A stretch of 64,000 bases of DNA from Bugula neritina (lineage: Eukaryota; Animalia; Bryozoa): assembly GCA_964035545.1 (NCBI GenBank), contig OZ037770.1, forward strand, positions 2,046,001 to 2,110,000, read 5' to 3'. The position numbers and the translations under genes were made by a program. The first letter of the stretch is position 1, and each line of letters opens with the position of its first letter. This document shows, piece by piece, positions 30,865-64,000 of this stretch. The notes below the pieces were generated by a model. That model saw only the letters and a program-made list of their open reading frames with translations. It was not told the DNA's origin and ran no database searches.

Positions 30865-31786
30865 CTGTAAAATAAAAGCATAATTAATGCCTGCAGTCAA
30901 ACTCTACAAAAAATTCAACAAATGCTCATCAAAAACATATATAGCCTATCTGCATGTCTACTCTCAAATATTTTCTGTCCTCCATTGATCTTTGCCTGTT
31001 CAATATTTGAAGCTACTTTTGGAGGTTAGGCTGGTGATGGAGTTATACATGCAAAGTTTCAATTTATATATGTGTGATAGCTTTACCACAAACTCTGCAA
31101 TGAACTTATCAAGTTTAAATTTTGATTCCAAAAAGAAAACAAAAATAAATTAAAATTTTGCATCTCTCTACTCAACAAATTTGGCATGACAGAGTAAGTT
31201 GGGAGATTGTCTACTTTCTTCTGCCAACTCTGTTTTTCTGGGGACTCAAGGATTTCCCAAAACTCTCTAGAATATTCCGAAATATTAAGTAGAAACTGTA
31301 AGTTCATTGTATATATAGTTATTAGTTCTTTCATGCTGTAGAGAAGAGAGTGGAGTAGAGTTACCTCCCCTGGGATAGTATGCTACTGGAATACTATTCT
31401 TAAATACAGCTACCAGACAGAAGGCAGAAATGACCTTCACAGACTTGCCCCAAGAGTGTGGCGTGCAGGTAAATAGGGTGAAGGTCACATGCATATAGCT
31501 AATTGAAACCTTCACTTTGATTATAAAGTGTTGGTTTATTTACATTTACTGTAAACATTGGTTACTACTCTTTTGATATGCAAAATTCATTAGTATAGAT
31601 GATATCAGTATAGATAAAGACCCACTCATTTCATATATCTATACTTCAGGAACAATTGAATTATCATCTTGGTGAATCAGTAAGAGGGTTTATCATGTAT
31701 ATTAACCTCTATGACTCCACTCTGTAGTGTTTAATTGAGTATTTACCCTAAATTTTTACTAGCATTGATCTCTCCATCATAACCTT

Positions 31787-31884
<98 letters not shown>

Positions 31885-31934
31885 GTACTAATACAATTTT
31901 GGATATAAAAATAAACTTAGATCTTCATTCTATT

Positions 31935-31979
31935 GACTACAATATTGTTTCACGTAGTGCGAGCTACGATCATCAGGTC
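31935..31979 (-). ncRNA. Minimal type I hammerhead ribozyme (PLE family 1)
   Basis: gac-c-CUGAUGA-(cgtag..ctacg)-GAAA-caatattg-UA-gtc on the minus strand. Confidence 0.8.
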
Positions 31980-33583
31980 GTTGTGTGTACGCTTGAGTGA
32001 TTTTGTTTTGAAATTAGTATTGTTAGTGTATTACTACGCTGGAATGTTTTAATTAGCGTCTGTTAAGTGCGCAAGTAAAAATTTGCGTTTATGTCTACAC
32101 GTGGTGGAAAGCTCTTTTCGTTTGTTGAGGGAAGATAATTCCGGTTGTTTTAAAATTATATACTTCTCATAGTTGCATAAATTACATCTATTGGTTAGGT
32201 TTGAGTATGATTTGCAAATCTTTAAAATATTCCATTTTAAGCTGAATTTCGTTTTGTTGTCTTTTAAATTCCAGATGTGTCTGCTGAGTTGCGCGCTGTT
32301 AGCTTTATCTGCATGTAGGAAAGAGGCTTTGTGGTTATTGAATCTGGTTTTGAAGGTAGTCGAACAGAGTCCTATGTATGAATGGCTGGAATTATTGTCA
32401 TGTCTTGTTACAGTTGCTTGGTATATTACGTCTTTGTATAAGCATTTACCATTTAGTGGACATTGGGAAGGTTGTTTGCAGTTACATTGTGTGTCATTTA
32501 GTTTAGTAGCGGTAGTAGGGGTGTGTGTGGTTTTAAGTTTGTGATGGTTCGAGCCATCAATAATATTTTTCATGTTGGGCATGCATGAATAGCTAATTTT
32601 TATAGTTTTCCTATTGAAAATTTTACTTAGTTGGTTGGATGGTAGAAAGCATTTGTCGATGATTTGAAGAAATTTCTTCCCTATTTTGGTTTTTACTGTT
32701 GAACTAAAAGGTGGGTTGTACCACAATATGTTTCTATTTTTATTTCTATTATTGTTGTTGGATTTGGGTGTCGGGTTATATTTTAATTTATAGTCATATC
32801 CACTGTTTGATAGTGCTTCTTGGTACGGTTGTATGGTGGTTTTAAACTCTTCTTCATTGGAGGATAGTGAGCTAAGTCTTCTATTTATATTTTCTGGTAT
32901 GTTTTTCAATACTGCAGGTGGGTGGTCGCTTTGTTTGTGAACGTAGAGGATAGTGTTTCCAGGTTTTGTATAGGGTTTATAGGATTGGTTAGTCAAGTTG
33001 AATGTTACATCTAGAAAGTTTACAACTTAAAACCACACACACCCCTACTACCGCTACTAAACTAAATGACACACAATGTAACTGCAAACAACCTTCCCAA
33101 TGTCCACTAAATGGTAAATGCTTATACAAAGACGTAATATACCAAGCAACTGTAACAAGACATGACAATAATTCCAGCCATTCATACATAGGACTCTGTT
33201 CGACTACCTTCAAAACCAGATTCAATAACCACAAAGCCTCTTTCCTACATGCAGATAAAGCTAACAGCGCGCAACTCAGCAGACACATCTGGAATTTAAA
33301 AGACAACAAAACGAAATTCAGCTTAAAATGGAATATTTTAAAGATTTGCAAATCATACTCAAACCTAACCAATAGATGTAATTTATGCAACTATGAGAAG
33401 TATATAATTTTAAAACAATCGGAATTATCTTCCCTCAACAAACGAAAAGAGCTTTCCACCACGTGTAGACATAAACGCAAATTTTTACTTGCGCACTTAA
33501 CAGACGCTAATTAAAACATTCCAGCGTAGTAATACACTAACAATACTAATTTCAAAACAAAATCCCTCAAGCGTACACACAAC

Positions 33584-33628
33584 GACCTGATGATCGTAGC
33601 TCGCACTACGTGAAACAATATTGTAGTC
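33584..33628 (+). ncRNA. Minimal type I hammerhead ribozyme (PLE family 1, inverted pLTR)
   Basis: gacCTGATGAtcgtagctcgcactacgtGAAAcaatattgTAgtc. Confidence 0.8.
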
Positions 33629-33739
33629 AATAGAATGAAGGTCTAAGTTTATTTTTATATCCAAAATTGTATTAGTACCAAATATAAATACTCTATTTTT
33701 CGAAATATTGAGTTCTTTTGATTCATTTTTAATTATAGA

Positions 33740-33868
<129 letters not shown>

Positions 33869-33878
33869 GATGTTGTTT

Positions 33879-33929
33879 TATTGCGCTACTAATAGTTTCA
33901 TGCCCCTTCGGCACTCATCAGGCACAATA
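33879..33929 (-). ncRNA. Hammerhead ribozyme (PLE family 2)
   Basis: tattgtgc-CTGATGA-gtgccgaaggggcat-GAAA-ctattag-TA-gcgcaata on the minus strand. Confidence 0.85.
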
Positions 33930-34061
33930 TTGACAAACTTAAATTTTTACATTAAAAAAATCAATATGCTAAACACAAGGTAAAATATAACGAAAACATA
34001 TCAGTGGCTGTGTTGTTATATAGATTTGTAGGTGTAATTAAATATATAAAAAAACATAATT

Positions 34062-34483
34062 GGGTCATTTTACTTAATTTCGTACACACTCGAAATCTCC
34101 ACCTTTAGCTATTTTTCCCAATTTAGCTGCTAACATATTATATATATTTTTGCTTAAAACTAATGGCATATCAATAAATACAACTAAATAGTCCAGGTTA
34201 TTTTTGATTTTGCTTAATTTCCCATGTTTTTCCTAATTATTTAGCTAATTTGAACTCGCAGACCGTTAGGTTTTTTCGTAACGGTCCACACATATAGAAT
34301 ATTAAGTGCATATGACAATGATCTGTGCTTTAATGTTGGGGAATCCCCTCCCAGCCTTTTCTGTTATGCGTAGTTAAAACCAGCACATAAGAATACAATG
34401 TATAGTAAATTTCAATGGATTTTGAGCAAACTTTAATGTTAGGTCATAATTTGCTGGTGTGTACTAAATAAAGTAAACTGACT
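34062..34483. mobile_element. ~420-bp MITE nested in the PLE 3'UTR
   Basis: Imperfect TIR gtcattttacttaatttcgtacacac / gtgtgtactaaataaagtaaactgac; absent from the homologous position of the 41200 copy. Confidence 0.7.
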
Positions 34484-36527
34484 GTAATGTAAATACACAA
34501 TTTATAGCAGATGCATGAAGTTTTTGTTGGGTGACTATTCTCTATGGGTATTTGGATATTATTTACTATAGTACATAAAATATAAATAGGCTACAGAGTT
34601 TCTAGGTTTTGTGGTTGCACAGTAAGAATTTTTTTGAGTGTCGGCAGGTTGATAAGAGTTTGTTTTGCTTGTTTAAAGTACACATGTTAGGTTTGTATAA
34701 AATAAAAAAACATTCCCGGCATTGGCATAAATCACACCTTTTGGTAGTTGTGTTGTATGGTTTTGCTTTTCTTAACATTTTCCAACTTATGTTGTGCTTA
34801 ATGTTTTTGTTAGTTAGTTTCCAAATGTATTTGCTAAGTTCTGTTTGATTTGCAAAATTACATCAATAATTAGACTACTTTTGCTTTCTCAATTGTTGTA
34901 GTTTTAGTCTAATTTCTCTTTCTTTAGAATGTAACACGACTTTCTTGAAGTGCAATCAGATGAGGCTCATAGTTACTCTGGTATATGAGACAGCTCATTT
35001 TATAGAAAAAGGAAAACTCTCATCTCAACTTTTCTTGTCCTGTAGCAATACTCAGCCTAGGGAACAGCATGGAGAGTTAACTCAAGGACGAGTCTGGAGG
35101 TGGAGCCCCTAAGGCAGTCTGTTGTTGTCTATAACCTCATTTTGGCAGCTTCTGTGATGGTTTTGGTGCCAAACTCTAACAGCTTTCCTATTATGTTTAA
35201 TTTATCAGGGAAGTAGAAAGAAGTGACAATTCAAATGAGCTCTAGCCTGTCCTCCACATATATCATTGCCTCAGCACACTTTATTGGACTGACTGAGGGA
35301 GGCTTACTATCACTATAAAGTGTCTTATCCTCAACATACTGCACATTCTACACACCACTTGAGAACTAACAAGGTCATAGCTGGCTGTGTTAACCATACT
35401 GTATGATAAGTCACATTCCCAACTGTGTGTTATACCCATATACTGCAAACCCTAATTTACTAAATGCTGATAATGTTGATCTGTTTGACTAGGCTGCTTT
35501 TATTGACTTGTCAACTGGTTTTTATATATAATGCTTTGGTTTAATAATATTACATTTCTGCCACAATCAATTCTGTCTGCCCATTTGGTTTAAATTGCAT
35601 AACAATTAAATTTATTTGTTGACAGGGCTTTGAGGTGTAAAAATTAGTTTTGTTCTTTGAGTTTTTTGCTCTTTATAGTAACTAAAGGATTAAAAGTAAC
35701 ATTAAAATATTGTACGTAAAACTTTTCTCTTAGCAATTACCTAATTCAGATGTCTCAATCAATTAGCAGATCATCACAAGTATATGACTTTAACTGCAAA
35801 CAGCAAATTACATGAAGTTGTTTAGGCAACCACACAGAGTAATTGCATTTGAGAAAAATAATGTTATTATCAATTCAATTAAAAATGTTAAAACTATTTT
35901 TTTTCATAATTGTTGATTAAAACTATATAAAATCTTGCTGACACTTCTATTAAAGTTAAAATAGCAATGAAATTGCAGTACAAACATGAAAGATATCATA
36001 CCTATTCAATCTACATTACTATAAATCAAAAGCAGCTTACAAAGATACAAGTTTGTGCATTATAATCCGTATATAATAAAATATGCTGACTATTTAGGAT
36101 ACAGAAGTAAATTATATAACCAGTGTCTATAGAAGTGGGTGATGTTTAAGTACAAGCACAAGCTAAACTTCAATCAACAGCAAACATAATTTATCTGTAT
36201 CCTAAGTAGTATGTATATGTATTTATCTGGTTATATGGAAGTAGGTGCTGTCTAAATGAAAACACAAACTGAACCTCAACCAATAGCAAATCTAATTTCT
36301 TAAAAAAGCAGGTGTAGGAAGATAAACTGTATAACGATAAAACTGTGCTTCAATTTTCGCTTGCCACCTTAAAAAATCAGTTGAATTCAACAATTTATAC
36401 TTGACTTCTTGGACTGTCAATTTTGAGAATCAAATAGTTAATTAATAAGCTCAATAAGGATTTTACTTATGAATAAGAGTTTTTGCAACAAGGTGATTAC
36501 TTCGAAGTCATCGTTTGAAATCAAACA

Positions 36528-64000
<27,473 letters not shown>

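Larger units (their letters stand above)
31882..33682. mobile_element. Penelope-like element family 1: 5'-truncated minus-strand copy plus inverted pseudo-LTR
   Basis: ORF 32049-32996(-) has the RT thumb (VNFLDVTF…KPYTKP…HPP, WYNPPFS) and a GIY-YIG nuclease (CNC..CPLNGKC..VIYQATV..YIGL..FKTRFNNH). 33023-33682 is a near-perfect inverted copy of 31882-32542. Adjacent to (TA)n. Confidence 0.93.

Noticed and set aside
32173-33390. Hydrophobic ORFs 32173-32544(+) and 32989-33390(-)
   Set aside because: Antisense shadows of the Penelope GIY-YIG ORF.

Overview
AT-rich, repeat-dense eukaryotic (animal-like) DNA. I reconstructed two minus-strand host gene regions by hand from splice signals. (1) A multi-exon GB1/RHD3-family (GBP/atlastin-like) large GTPase gene, about 12764-29069, with an intact P-loop but no visible transmembrane or CaaX anchor. 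(2) Upstream of it (36528 to >64000), a coiled-coil gene built from at least 28 phase-0 microexons of exactly 42 nt, each encoding two in-register heptads. The array grew by nested segmental duplication and also holds 39-nt and frame-broken 37/43-nt variants. A candidate spliced 3' tail of that gene ends in a CaaX motif (…ERCCCLI*) only ~170 nt before the GTPase start codon, and phase-compatible splice sites could fuse the two genes. Introns carry a decayed R4/Dong-like non-LTR element, a full-length decayed Gypsy (LTRs, tRNA-Leu PBS, 4-bp TSD), related solo LTRs, a BEL/Pao remnant with a ~730-bp-arm fold-back, Penelope-like elements at (TA)n arrays with seven hammerhead-ribozyme motifs, and several MITE families. 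Exon models and family assignments come from reading the sequence only; no searches or RNA data were used.
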